A stretch of 64,000 nucleotides of DNA from positions 21,638,001 to 21,702,000 of the forward strand of contig NC_087260.1 in assembly GCF_037042905.1 (NCBI RefSeq), given 5' to 3'. Positions 23,592-36,801 of the stretch are shown one piece after another (positions within the stretch are counted from its first letter, which is position 1; every line of letters begins with the position of its first letter). The position numbers and the translations under genes were made by a program. The stretch comes from Lytechinus pictus. Lineage: Eukaryota. The notes under the pieces were generated by a model. The model searched no databases. It saw only the letters and a program-made list of their open reading frames with translations, and was not told the origin of the DNA.

Positions 23592-25095
23592 GGAGGCGCG
23601 ATAGCTCAGTCGGTAGAGCGGGGGTTTCGGATTCCGGTGACCCGGGTTCGATTCCCAAGTGGTGCGCTAGTGCCCTTTGGTAACCCAGAAGGAAAAACCA
23701 GTAAAACAAGTAAAAAGTTTTACTGGTTTCCAGTAGAATTTTACTGGTTTCCAGTATATTTTTACTGGGCCAGTTGATTTTTGACTGGACCAGTAAAAAT
23801 CAACTGGAGACCAGTTCCAACAATTGCATTCCAGTTGAAGCAATTAGTAATACCAATTATATTGTTTTTCATCAAACTGGTGTTTCTGGTCCAATAAATG
23901 GTTTCCAGTAGATTTTTACTGGTTTCCAGTATATGTTTGCTGAACCAGTTGATTTTTAATTGGACCAGTAAAAATCAACTGGAGACCAGTTCAAACAATT
24001 GCATTCCAGTTGAAGCAAAGTAGTAATACCAGTTAAATTGTTTTTCATCAAACTGGTGTTACTCGTCCAATAAATAATGACTTTATTTCAAGTCAGATCA
24101 TTTGACGAATTATGGAAAATGAATCTTGCAATTCAGAGAAAGTTATTATCGTTATCATTGTTATCATTATTCTTCTTATAATTATCATAATTATTATATT
24201 ATGATTATTGTGATCATTGATGTCATCATTCTTATTACTGTTATCATTGTTATCGATATTGTAATAATTATTATTAATATTATCATAATTATCAAGTATT
24301 AACATTATCATTAAAATAATTATTTCCTTTAATTATGATTAAGATCAAAGCAAGATATATTCCTCTGATATAGTCAACTGGTCTAAAGTAATTCATTGTT
24401 TGAAATTGAACTGGTCAAGACCAGTAATACCAGTAATTCTGATGATGCTGATCACGTGGTTTACCTCATTTGCATATTTCCTATTTTAAAAAGAAAAATC
24501 AGGATTTAGAATAGAATATCCTTGCAATGGCACTCATTGATGTTTAAAACTTTCCAAATAAGTGTGTGAACTAATTCTCAATGAAAATGTGTAATTTCAT
24601 ATATCACATTCAAAATAACAGCAGAAAGATTAATTTACTAACCATCTTTTCCATCACATTTCACTGACCATGCTATATAACAAACCAATGCATGTCAAAA
24701 ATTGATCCAGTAAGACCAGTTCGACCAGTTCGAGGACCAGTGAGACCAGTAGAAGATATACCAGTATGAAGACCAGTGAGACCAGTAACAACCACCAGAA
24801 ATGAGACCAGTATAAAATTCCAGTAATTCAAGACCAGTTTAATTTTTAACTGGACCAGTAAAATTTTAACTGGACCAGTATGACCAGTTAGACCAGTATA
24901 CCGATGTTAATTTCCAGAGTTACCAGTTAAAATTCTACTGGTCTAACTGGTCCAGTGGAACTGGTTTTTCCTTCTGGGAAGGCATTTATCCTCATTACCA
25001 GGTCCCTCGGAGAGGACCTTAAGCCGTTGGTCCCCTGGTTGCTTGCTCACATGCATGCTTTCTTAGCAGTCAGGTAAAACAACCTCGGTATAACA
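23592..25095 (+). mobile_element. tRNA-derived SINE split by a DNA transposon (SINE parts 23592-23683 and 24979-25095)
   Basis: A box TAGCTCAGTCGG and B box GGTTCGATTCC. An uninterrupted copy lies at 30835-31021. Confidence 0.85.
23684..24978. mobile_element. CMC/EnSpm-like non-autonomous DNA transposon
   Basis: AA|CCCAGAAGGAAAAACCAGT ... ACTGGTTTTTCCTTCTGGG|AA, a 2-bp target duplication. Dozens of ACCAGT subterminal repeats. Confidence 0.85.
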
Positions 25096-25187
25096 TGATG
25101 AAAATATACCCGGGGTATACACTTTACCTCCCGTTTATGAGGCACGCGCTCTACCCCCGGCTCTACCACGTCTGATCCACAATTGTT

Positions 25188-25326
25188 ATGTTATACCGAG
25201 GTTGTTTTACCTGACTGCTAAGAAAGCACGAATGCCTGTGAGCAAGCAACCAGGGTACCAACGGCTGAAGGTCCTCTCCGAGGGACCTGGTAATGAGGAT
25301 AAATGCCTTACCAAAGGGCACTAGCG
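25188..25326 (-). mobile_element. Inverted 5'-truncated copy of the same SINE
   Basis: Largely the reverse complement of 24979-25095. Confidence 0.85.
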
Positions 25327-25765
25327 CTTAATGCCTGTTCAAAATTATTGTTTCTCATGGTTCTCCTATGGGGCCTTTAATACTGGGAAAACCTTCACTG
25401 GCATGATAAGGTCTATTAAAAGTTATCCCTTAACCGATTTTGATGAAATTTTCATTGATTTCATTATTTTGATCTGTTCAAATCATAAACTGATTTTCAT
25501 GAGCCTTAATTGATTTTCCCCTTTAATTTGCATCGATTCGAGGTTGAACTCATCAGCAATGGGATAATCCATGCACTGACAGTGTGCCAATAATTGTGGG
25601 TTCTAAAAGTTTCAAGTTTCAATTTCACACGAAATTATGTATATGATAAGAAATACTTTTTTTCAATAGACGTTCGTCTGTTCGTCGCTTTGAAACATGA
25701 TAATAATAATATATGTGATAACAATTTATCTACTATAGGGGCTACGTATACACCGGGCGTATATA

Positions 25766-26355
25766 CACTGATTTAAAAAAAACCTGATTTTACAGAAAAA
25801 ACAGAAGATTTTGCAGAAAGCAATAACAGAATCATTCTGTAAATTCATAAAACGGGAATTTTCCTGCAATTTAACAGAACAGGTCTGTTTAAAAAGGGGA
25901 AAAGGGTGTTTTATTAAAGGAATTTTGTAAGGTTCCATACACCAAATACCAATTTCCTGTAATTTTACATGATATAATATAAGATTACGCAATCTGCCAT
26001 TACAGGCACGACGTACCTACTGACGAGCCACAACCCATGCAAAGGACTATCCCTGCCCCCCCCCTGACGAGCTTGAAAGACCTTGTTGCCCCCCCCCCCC
26101 CCCCCCCCGACGAGCTTGAAGACCTTTTTTTTCTTTTTTTCTTTCTTTTTTTTTGTTTGTTTGCTTGTCAACTTTTTTTCTGGTACAAAATCCTTTATTT
26201 GTGATTGAAGACTTTTTTTTTGCTTGTCAATTTTTTTGACGGACGGATTTGCCCCCCTGGGGAAAATCCTAGGTACGCCACTGGTTACAGGTGTACGTTC
26301 TCGAGACTCTGCTGCAGGAACTTCTTTTATTTTAAGGATAAATTTTCTGACAGTG
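25766..26355. mobile_element. CACTG-terminated (EnSpm-like) MITE containing a hAT-like MITE at 26007-26283
   Basis: TA|CACTG ... CAGTG|TA. The inner element is flanked by ATTACAGG and GTTACAGG. A related inner-type copy lies at 27484-27805. Confidence 0.7.
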
Positions 26356-28629
26356 TATAGGGTAGCCATTTCTGTTAATGTATAACCATATAGAGTGTAT
26401 AACAGAAAATTTCTCCAATCTTGACAAATTCTAGAGGTATAAAAATTACATTTTAGATAGGCGATCTGGGGCCCGTTTCATAAAATGTGTTATAACAACA
26501 AATCTACAACAATATTTAAAGATTACTGAAATCCTTCAATCTGGTTGGCTGATGCTGAATTTGGTACAGAAAATGTGCATTTGTTATTGTAACGAGACTT
26601 TATGAATCTTTTTGAGCCACAAATATTCCCATACCGCAGTTAATTATTATATACCGAGCACTCAAGTTCATTGGTACCCTTTGTGCATGAGAGGTAGGGT
26701 CGAAAATGAAGTTCACAAGCCTGCCCTCTATTGTTTTACTGCGCTCTGAAGATTTCCTGATCTGACGGCCGGAGCACAGAATTAATTTTTTCCGCTCTCT
26801 TGATTCATCTGATCTGGTATTAGGTAAGTTTTTATAATTTGAAACCTCTTGACTGAATATCGATTTGTGAATATCTGAGGGAGACCTGTAGATCTAACGT
26901 TATACATGGAGGCTCGACGAGTTGAACAATTTTGCTAAAATTGCACGGTCCCATACGCTAAGATTTGTGTTTTCTAAATAAATATTCTTTCTAATTAGTA
27001 CGGTACCCACTCTCACTCTGGGGCTACACCGCTATTCCAACGCGTGTTGGAAAAGTCGACGCCAGACGGGTACGTTTTGGCCTTGAATTTCCAGCAAATT
27101 AATCAAAATTACGGCCTAAATTTAGGTCTATGTTATCAATTATATACTAATTTCATAATTATAATGTAAAACGGGTACTCACGGGTTCTTTTCTTTCCAA
27201 ATTTTGTGTTTTCATCGCCTCTTCTGGCCAACTCTTGCGATGGATTTTGTCGCCATAGGATCCTGTACGTGCAAATCCAGGGCGAGTTGTCACATGACGC
27301 TCGCGAGTCTCTAGGGGTAATGGCCTAGTTTAATCAAGGCGTTCTTTTTGCTATAATTTTATAATGACGCTTAAATATCGAAATCAATGTAGACGAGTCT
27401 GTGCAGGGGCATAACAGGGGTATATAGGGGGCATAGTACATGTCGCATGTGGAAGATACAAGTTACGTAATGTAAGTCCCGAGCACTAGCGTACCTAGGG
27501 GGGGGGCAGTCTGCCCCCCCCCCCCCCCCCCCGATGAGTCACAAACCCATGCAAATTACATATCTCTGCCCCCCGGCCCCCCTGACGAGCTTGAAAACCT
27601 ATTTTGCCCCCCCCCCCCGACGAGCTTGAATACCTATTTTGCCCCCCCTGGCGAGCTTGAAGACTTTTTTTTGCTTGTCAAATTTTTTCTGGTACGATTG
27701 AAGACCTTTTTCATTGAAGAGCCTTTTTTTCCTTTTTTTTTGCTTGTCAAATTTTTTGGCGGCCGATTTTGCCCCCCTGTGGAAAATCCTAGGTACGCCC
27801 ACTTGTTCACTGCAACCATCCTGCCTGTGGGGAATCTACAGGTTGGACTATGGCATGCCAATGCTGTACAGAGCACACACTTTAAAAAATGATTAAAATA
27901 TCACTTTTGTGACCAAAATTACTAATTTCCATACAGTTGCAATCTATTTTTCATTTGTAACTTGGGAATAATTTTTGTATTCACTAGAGCGCTCAAAAAC
28001 TTGAATTTTGGGCATATTTTTGTGTACGCCCTCTATTGGTGGAAAATAATATGGCAAGAAAATTTTCATTTTTTATCTCTATTTTCAATTAAGAAAAAAA
28101 TAATTTAAAGAATCAAATTTACTAAAGGGCCAAGTTGTATGACGAATAGGTGTAATGGAAACTGTCAGTGTAAAAAAATCAAGCATTTGTCCTAAAGAAA
28201 CAGAGAAAATAAGCCAAACATTGCCATCCTTATTTTGCCACACATGGAGATATAACTGAGAACAAGGTTATATCATAACCTTGTTTATTGAATGAGTGGG
28301 TACGCCATGCACTGCCCGCGCTACATGTATGTTGGTAGCCCTGGGACCTCTGGATATTAACTAATCCAATTTAATTACAGATGGCAGATTTTTTTATTAT
28401 CTGAGTAGCCCCCCCCCCCCCCCGGATTATTTGTTCTCACATTACTTTCCTTTTTAAATTTCCTTTCGTTCTTTCTTTCATTTTTCTTTCTTTCTTCCTT
28501 CCGTTGCTCCTATGTTTTTTTTTCAGGTGAAATCCACTCGGGGGATGGCCAGCCATGCCCCCATCTGTTTATGCCTCTGAGATGTAGGCTATACTCATGA
28601 TCTTAATCTTCGATTTTCCAAAGTAGGGG

Positions 28630-30644
28630 TAATGTTGTAACCCGCACCCGTTGCGGTACGGGTTAACCTGCCGGTATGCCCCCGATCGCGGGTTGCGGGC
28701 CGGGCCGAGTTCATTCTCAAACCCGCAGACCGTCATGCGAAAAAAAAGGGAGAAGTAACGACGCATAATAAAAACATTAACAATGAAAATTGAGTTAGGA
28801 TCATGTGCTTCTTACGTGGCGGATTCTTTTAGAGACGTAGATATTTCCTTTTAAAAAAATGCTGGCGTATTTTTGTCTTGTGAACAGTGAACAGGACTGA
28901 GACAGTTCGACATAAATACATCGAGTTGCTCTTTCGAAGAAGGAGCGCGCCAGTGCAGCGCAGCACAGTGTAGTCAAAAGCAATCGCATAGGCCAATGAA
29001 ACTCGATGTCGAGTTTCCCGTCCCATTTTTTCCAGCTCATAATGAGGATTTCATTATTCATTATTTTCCAGAAGATGAAAGTTTGACCTTTTGTAACCTT
29101 TGAACGCACTTTTATTCTGTGGAACTGTCTTGAAGCCAGGGAGCAAATCAATCATTTTTTTTCGGGGGTTCCATTTTCATTTTTTTGGTAATATTTCAGG
29201 GTCTCCATTTCTACCGTTTTGGAGGCTACTTTTTTCATTTCGGGGGCTCTTTTCAAATGCTACGTTTTTGTATTTTGAGGAATCCCTGTTCACTTATTAA
29301 ATTAATTATTACTTATTGTTTAATATTGCATGATTTTAAAGTTATTTTTTTCATGCTTAGAATCTTGGATGTGGGTGTGTTTGTGTGGGTGTGACTATGA
29401 GTTGAACTTGGATATAAATGAATTCAATATCTAATTTCTACTCCATCTAATTCCAGTACTTGGCCATGTAATAAAGGCCCACATACCCTAACTTTTCCTG
29501 ATGTTCTTTGAAAACGCAGATCTCCACGAAAATTGCATTTCTCTATGATGGAGTCTAAATTTGGTGAGAATGAACTCATTAATAACTTGATATACATGAC
29601 AATGAAGAAATCATCTAACTTTATTGGCAGTTTTGAATAATATTCCCGAAATATAAACTCTGTCTGAAACATAAAATCACCATCATTGAGGCCTTTACAG
29701 AGCGAATTGTCCCCCAGAGCTCTGGCAGAGAGACAGAGCTCAGACTGGCTATAGCTAGTACAAGCGCCAATGCGTACGTGCGTGAGCCTCCCGTCGGCCT
29801 TGTAAAACAGATTGAGTTTTGTTTGATGATTTTTTTGTCTGATATGCCGTATGACAACTCACCAATGCGAGGTTACTAGACTATGGGATTTATTGAGGTA
29901 GCTCGACCAAACCTCGAGCGATGTTCGTGCAGGCTCCACTCCACTTCACTACCGATACATCGGGTAGGTAGAGCGTAGTGTAGCAGAAGTGAAGTCGAGT
30001 GGAGCCTACACGAACATCGCTCGAGGTGTGGTTGAGCATGCAGTGTCATTCCATTCACAAGAAAAAAACAAGAAAAGAATTACAGGTATTTACATGATAT
30101 ACAAGTAATTGTGACTGAAAAGCTTATATTAATGTTTTATATCAGTTCTGAATCTATATCTATGTCAAAATAGTAAAATAATGAATTATTTTCAGAATTT
30201 GATTTTTAAACGCGGTCCAAATTTCATAACGCGGGCGGGCGTCGGGAAACTGAACATCGAATTTGCTGGGCAGCCTGGGCTACATGTAGCTAGCGCGCGC
30301 TGAGCTGCGGCTCCGATCCGAGGAGTTAATTGCGCAATGCTTTCGATTACGAGATCAGAGCCGACCCATTTCGGGTACAAAGTAACCCCCAAAAACATTT
30401 TCTCTCCGGAATAAAAGGCGAATTTGCAAATTGTAAGTAAATTCACTCTAGGCTAGGTTAGTAGTTGGCATATATTTTCGTGATTTGAGCCTGTATAGTG
30501 TGGGGATTGCAGAAATAATTTTCACTTTTCAAAGATAAATTTACTTGCGGGTTAAAACCCGACGGGTCAGCGGGTCCCGCTTGCAAATTATCGGATTATA
30601 CGGGACGGTACGGTTCGGGTTTTCACTTGCGGGTTACAACATTA
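28630..30644. mobile_element. hAT-type non-autonomous transposon (2 kb)
   Basis: 17-bp TIR TAATGTTGTAACCCGCA, exact 8-bp target duplication AGTAGGGG, and ACCCG subterminal repeats. Confidence 0.88.
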
Positions 30645-30659
30645 AGTAGGGGGGTGCAA

Positions 30660-31560
30660 TTTCTCAAGTAAAATTTGACAACCCCCCCAAAAAGGTTATC
30701 ACAGAAAAATTGTCATTTTGTCTCGCGTAAGATTTGACAAGTAAAAAGAAAAGATGGTTACTAAAAATAAAAGACTCATTTTGTCCGTGTAATATTTGGC
30801 AAGCCTCCCCCCCCCCCCCCAAGTTTAACATATCGGAGGCGCGATGGCTCAGTCGGTAGAGCAGGGGTTTCGGATTCCGGTGACCCGGGTTCGATTCCCA
30901 AGTGGTGCGCTAGTGCCCTTAAGGCTTATCCTCATTACCAGGTCCCTCGGAGAGGACCTTAAGCCGTTGGTCCCCTGGTTGCTTGCTCACAGGCATTCGT
31001 GCTTTTTTAGCAGTCAGGTAAAAAATCTCGATATAACATAACATTAAAAAAAAGTGAAGGTCATTTTGTCCTGCGTGAAATTTTAAAAGTAATAAAAAGA
31101 TGGTCACTAAAATTGAAGTTCATTTTGTTTGTGAAATATTTGGCAAGCCCCCCTCCCAAAAAAAGGTTTTAACTAAAAATGATTGAAGGCCATTTTGTTC
31201 CTCTTAAAATTTGTCAAGTATAAAAAAAAAATCACTAAAAAATGAAGGTCATTTGTCCCACGTAAAATTTGACAAGCCCCCCCCCCCCTAAAAAAAAATG
31301 AAAGGTAGCTGATAATGATTGAAGATCATTTTTTCTTGCATAACATTTTACAAAAAAAAGTGTGTCACTATTTGGCGAGCCCCCTACCCTCCAAAAAAAA
31401 GGTTTAATTAATAATGATCGAAGGTCATTTTGTCTCTTGTAAAATTTGACAAATAAAAAAAAAGTTGTCACTAAAAAAAGAAGGTCATCTTGTCGCGCGT
31501 TATATTTGGCAAGCCCCCACCCCCCTAAAAAAGTTTGTCATTAAATATAGAAAGTCATAT
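30660..31560. repeat. Degenerate tandem repeat (AAATTTGACAAGCCCCC...GAAGGTCATTTTGTC) interrupted by a SINE at 30835-31021
   Basis: The motif recurs every ~55-115 bp. Confidence 0.7.
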
Positions 31561-33454
31561 GTTCAAAGTAAAATAAATTTGGGAAGCAAAAAAGAAAAGG
31601 ACAAAAAAGAGCAAAGAATATGAACAAAATATCCCCATTACAAATATTGCTGTGATTCTCATAAGGAGGTGGGGGGGGGGGGACTTAACTTTGTACGAAC
31701 GACATTTTTTTTTTACATCCAAAATATTGACTATGAATCTCAAAAGGTGGAACGGGCCAGAAATGCTCAACCCCCCCCCCCCCCCCCCCCCCGATCTGCC
31801 ATTGATTCCAATCGATAATGACTTTTCCCTGCAATACTGATGCTTGAAATCAAGATACTGAAGATTGATATATTGTAATATAAATTATGAACGTCTGACA
31901 AAAAGATAACCAACCGATCACCTGACCGATCAGCTGACCAGTACGTGAATCACATCGTAGTTGATCAGTCCCCACAGCGTTTGGAACGCTCACCAAGAAT
32001 TCAAGAAAAAAGACTGAAAATGTAAGTTTAACCTCAATCCATTAAATTTCAAATGTCGTAGAAGTTTCCTTATCATGTTTAAAACTAATTAATACCTAAA
32101 TTGTTACCATCCACTATGTATTAAGGCGTACATTTGCCAAAGTTCTTGGGTGCAAATAGAAACGGCAATGTCTAACCGGTTTTATCACTGATGTCGCCTA
32201 TGAGGTCCATACATGTAATGTTTGGACCTCATTGGTACTAGGAGTGCCCACTCTTAGAGTTAGACTTTATAGCCTGGAGGCTTCTGGGGAGTAAAATTAT
32301 TTCTACTTTACCTACGCTTACTCCCCATGAAGCCTGGGACGGCAGGGCCATAGGGCCACACGCACCAAGTATTTTGGAGACAACAATGTTGCTCCAAAAT
32401 ACTTGATTTGTTTAACTTATCACACAATTTTGTAAATGGAAAAGAAGTTCATTTCCCCCCATTACTAGTACATTAGGCACTTATAACCTTATTTTTACAC
32501 AAAAAAATAATACAAAAAATAGTAAAAATAATGTAAGAAGATGAGCAGATACTCACAGATGATCTTGTCGCCATATTTCCGTCTTTGTTCGTAGCCAGCG
32601 CTAGTTACAAGACGCGTAAAGAGCTAAAGAGAGGGCGACGATATCATGAGCAGTGCCAATTTAAATTTAAATACTTCAATCGGCCGATAAATATCATGAA
32701 TTGTTAAATTGTTGCATTAGCTAATAAATATTATAAAATATGATATTTATTGGCTAATGCAAGTATTTTACAATTCATGATATTTATCGGCCGATTGAAA
32801 TATTTTAAAAATTCAAATTGACGTCTGACAATGCTCATGATAAGTTTCAAGTTTTCCAAGCCATTGTCGCCTATCCATACATGTTAATATTTGGACCTCA
32901 TTGGTACTAGGAGTGAATTTTACCATGACATGTCGACTGTTACCAGGACAGGGGCTAGTAGTAGACAGCTGGCAGCCATCTGTTTCGAGGAGTTTTAAAA
33001 CATTTTTTTTTCTCCTCGTACACAGACAGCTCGCGATTGTGCAGCCGCCATAGTTAGGGGGTTAACATTAACAATCAATTTTTGTCTTTATTATATAAAA
33101 AGAACTGGACCAAAATAAAGATTACTATTCTGTTTTGGCTTGAAATGCACCAAAACAGGAAAAAATAAACTTAAAACTAAATGGAAGAAAAACAGTTACT
33201 TACTAAATGAAAGAAAAACAGTAGGCTGTCGCGCAACTCCCACTTGTTTAAAAAGTTGTTGCAAAGAGACTGACGACACATCTTCAAGACAACAACCTTC
33301 ACGAGACCATGCAATCTGCCTATATATAAGCAGATTGCATGGTCTCGTGAAGGTTGTTACAAGTCTTGAAGATGTGTTGTCAGATGATCAACACTGCTTT
33401 CATGTTGTCAACTGCTCTCAATATGTCATCAGATATCAGAAGAAAAGCTGTCTC

Positions 33455-33760
33455 GACACTGTGGAGTCGTTTATCCTCTTGGATCTGTCAGCAGCCTTTG
33501 ACACAATAGATCATGATGTCCTTCTCCAGAGATTGCATGTTGACTTTAAGATTGATGCCACTGGCACTGCCTTACCATGGTTCCGGTCGTATATCCACCA
33601 GACGATAATTGGTGAACATCAAAGGTACTTTGTCAGAGGAGGCTCTCGTGAAGTATGGTGTTCCGCAAGGTCCCGTCCTCGGACCGCTACTTTTTACTCT
33701 GTACACTGCACCTCTTGGGGATATTGCTCGTCATCATGGATTGCAAGTTCACTTTTATGT
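33455..33760 (+). mobile_element. L2/CR1-like LINE reverse-transcriptase fragment
   Basis: LLDLSAAFDTIDH..LL.RL, then a frameshifted [17 protein letters not shown]. Confidence 0.88.
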
Positions 33761-34435
33761 AACCCTGGGAGCCCAGGAGTCGACCATGCAAAATGAGGGA
33801 GACACGGGACTGGGGTACATGTAGATTGGGGTCTGAATAGTAATCTTAATAAAATGTGGAAACAGAAATTATGCACTTACCACGATTATATGGATGAAGG
33901 TCTATCGTAACACACAAATCCTGACATCGAGGCATAGACTGGAACCTCAAAAATACGAAAAGTTCTGCCGCGATACCTTTCCTTTCAAAATTCGTAACAA
34001 AATGGCCAATCGGGATCGGTGCCGAGGCTGTAAGGTGCATGCGCGAATTTGGCCAAGTCTGTGCCCTAGCGCTATATAGCCTTGGTCACGATCGACCATT
34101 TTGTTTTGAATTTTGAAAGAAGGAGAGGTATCGCGACAGAACTTTATGGTTTTTTGAGGTTCCAGTCTGTTGAAAACGGATGGAGCCACCCGCAAAAATT
34201 TTGTTCGTCCTCTGTGTCCTTTATGAATATGTTTTGTATCCCTCGGCCAGTAGGACCTGGCCTTTAAGTATCAGCACCATCAGGTAGGATTGAATCAGGT
34301 GTAGGGACAAGACAGAGAAGTATTTGGATTTCATGGCTTGCTGATCATGATATTGTCAATTTTCATTTCTTTCAGATGAGCATCCTCGCAATTCTGCTGT
34401 ATAAAGAACATAAATGAGAGGATAGATAACCAGGC

Positions 34436-34766
34436 ATGATGAACACAAAACACTCAATCTTACAACTGTGTAACATCTTCCGGACCATAACCATCTCTAA
34501 AAATGTGCGTCTTCAAAGCGGTCTCCCCGCTCGATGTTCATCCCTCCTTTCCAGTGATAAATCCACCACCTTGAGCCAGAAGTTGTCATTTTCCTCTCTG
34601 TTACTCAGAGCATCTACCTTAAGGACTTTAGGTGTTGTGGAAAGGGAACGTCATAGAGAGTTCCACACGAGCCCAGCGCTTGAAAAATTCAAACCCTGGA
34701 AGAATACACCCGAGTACACAATTAGACCACTTGGAAAGAAGAGAATTACCAGCCGGGATCACACAG
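34436..34766 (+). CDS. MRPL2: Mitochondrial ribosomal protein L2 (uL2m), coding exon 1 with putative mitochondrial targeting peptide
   Basis: S/R/L-rich N-terminus, then PWKNTPEYTIRPLGKKRITSRDHTG. Acceptor at 34375 and CAG|GT donor at 34766. Confidence 0.88.
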
Positions 34767-35538
34767 GTTAGATTAAGATACAATTATCAGGATCTACTTA
34801 TTTGTTTTTTTCCTGCTTCGTCTTGAGTTAAATGTCCTTTTTTTGTATCGACATGGATTGTGTATATTACATTTTCAGAATTCTCCATAAAGCTGTCTAA
34901 ACTTACGGACTTGTATGTGGAGACTTCTCGAGGAATAAGATATTGATAATAAAATGAAGAGGAAAAAACAGCTAGATGATGTGTACAGGGTTATGAAGAA
35001 ACTGAATGTGCATGTAAATGGATTTATGCCCTAATTTATCAATTTATCCAATGAAGTTACAATATGTATTTCAATGCTATGGTCATTTAGTGGAGCCGTA
35101 TCACACATAAATTACTCCTGTGTATAATTTTGGTGTGCTGTTGAAACCTAAAAATAAAGAAAAAAAATTAATCACAGCTCAGTAAAAACTGTATTTTAGA
35201 ATGATGACACAAGTGGCTAGCTTCTTTTGCCAAGAAAGTGTTTCCTACCAGAATTAGGAGGCCAAACTGATGTAAAATCTTGTCATTCATTCGTTCATGT
35301 TCAATATATGAGAATTCTTATTTAAAAAATCAACGTACAACTCACTGTTGTGACAATTCTTCAATTATCTATTATTATCTGACAATATATGGCTGCCACA
35401 ATTGCCAATATTCTGAAATACAGCTTTTCTAAACTGTAGAAAAATTCTTGATTATGCCAATTCCTATGCAGGATGAAATAGGAAAGATGTTTTCCATGTA
35501 TTATAACCATCCCCCCCCCCCCTCATCTTGTTGAACAG

Positions 35539-35656
35539 GGAGGATAGTGTCGGGTAGAAGAGGAGGGGGCGCGAAGCGAAACTATCGTATGGTGGATTTC
35601 AAAAGAGTTGGACCAGCTGAGGGAGCGCCCTTGGAGGAAAAGGTTCTAGAAGTAAG
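35539..35656 (+). CDS. MRPL2: MRPL2 exon 2
   Basis: GRIVSGRRGGGAKRNYRMVDFKRVGPAEGAPLEEKVLEVR, matching the L2 GGG.K..YR.IDF.R motif. Confidence 0.92.
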
Positions 35657-36670
35657 GTAAGAGTGAATTCTGTTTTGTTGTTCTTTGTGTTATTCTGTTT
35701 TTTTGCTGTTTTTTTTTAGATTCCTTTTCTTTCCTTTTTCTCTTTTTTTTTCTTGGTCGTGAAAAAGCCCCCCCCCCCCTCCCATATCTGTATGCCAGTG
35801 TTTTGGGGGGTGTTTCACAAAGAGTTATTATTGTGTGACTTAAAGTCATGCTTAAATGCGACGGGCACGTGATGTGCAACACACAATCTTATCCTCTTCG
35901 GATGATCAGACCAATGCAGTCTTGTCTTTTATAATGAATGCAATTCGGCATTTAAATGCAACTCTAATATGCTTTCCACACTGCATTTCCTTGACCCCAT
36001 ATTATTTGTTTAGCCAGGGTTAACGCCTTAACCCTGGACTATCGCACAGCTCATGAATATTGATGATTTTGCATATAAGTCATAATTAAATATTTGTGAA
36101 ACACCCCAATGGTTCTAGATAATACTTCAAGTAAGGCCATTATTTGACTTTTGGATTGTCCACTTATGCAGGGTCTACTGTATTTTCATTTATTTGATGT
36201 GAGTAGGGTATAGGTACCATGCCCTGGATTGAACCCCTGACTTTCATGTTTCTGGTCAGGCACCTTAATCCATTCAACCTTGCTGACTACTTTCCAGATT
36301 TTTTTGGTCTTGCCTCACCCACCTTTGTAAAGTATTTTCCTATCCATTGCAAAGAATCCCACAATATGACCACTCTACTTCTTATGCAACACCCCCAAAA
36401 ATTCACCTTAGAAGAAATCATGTACCAGTAGTGCAATTTGCCTGCGTGCTTTGTCAAAAGTTTTCATCGATTTGTATGGGTCTCATTATATATTCAGTGG
36501 TCCTCAGGTTGTCCGGATTCAGTTCAGCGACTAAAATTTCTAGACCTGAAAGTATGTTTTTAATTAGATTCCCTCAAATTAAAGTTTATGTTGTCTTTCA
36601 TTTCTTGAAATCACAGAGATTGTTAGAGGTCTACTTCACTCTGTTTTCATGTATTTTCGTCTCTGCTTAG

Positions 36671-36801
36671 GTATGATCCAAACAGGACAGCAAACATTGC
36701 CATCGTAGCGGGAGGCAACAGGAAGCGATATATCATTGCATCAGCTAACATGGAGGCGGGGGATATCATTAAGACTTCAGGACACATTGGCAGGATGACA
36801 G
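36671..36801 (+). CDS. MRPL2: MRPL2 exon 3
   Basis: [43 protein letters not shown], matching the L2 YDPNR.A.IA motif. GTGAGT donor. Confidence 0.93.

Noticed and set aside
23592-23670. tRNA genes (also 4404, 30835, 40690)
   Set aside because: A and B boxes are present, but there is no proper acceptor stem and each continues into a shared SINE body.
23170-23709. 179-aa minus-strand ORF
   Set aside because: Runs through a SINE, an AAT microsatellite and a transposon end, with no protein-like signature.
31930-32030. Non-coding first exon of MRPL2 (donor GTAAGT at 32022; another candidate at ~26824)
   Set aside because: Plausible, but supported only by a donor-like hexamer; transcript data are needed.
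32551-32640. First exon of a minus-strand gene (ATGGCGACAAGATCATCT|GTGAGT)
   Set aside because: Only six codons, no downstream exon identified, and it lies among transposon-like sequence ending in GGGG|TTAA at ~33060.
33140-33824. 218-aa protein-coding gene
   Set aside because: Chance fusion of a palindrome and a frameshifted LINE RT fragment.
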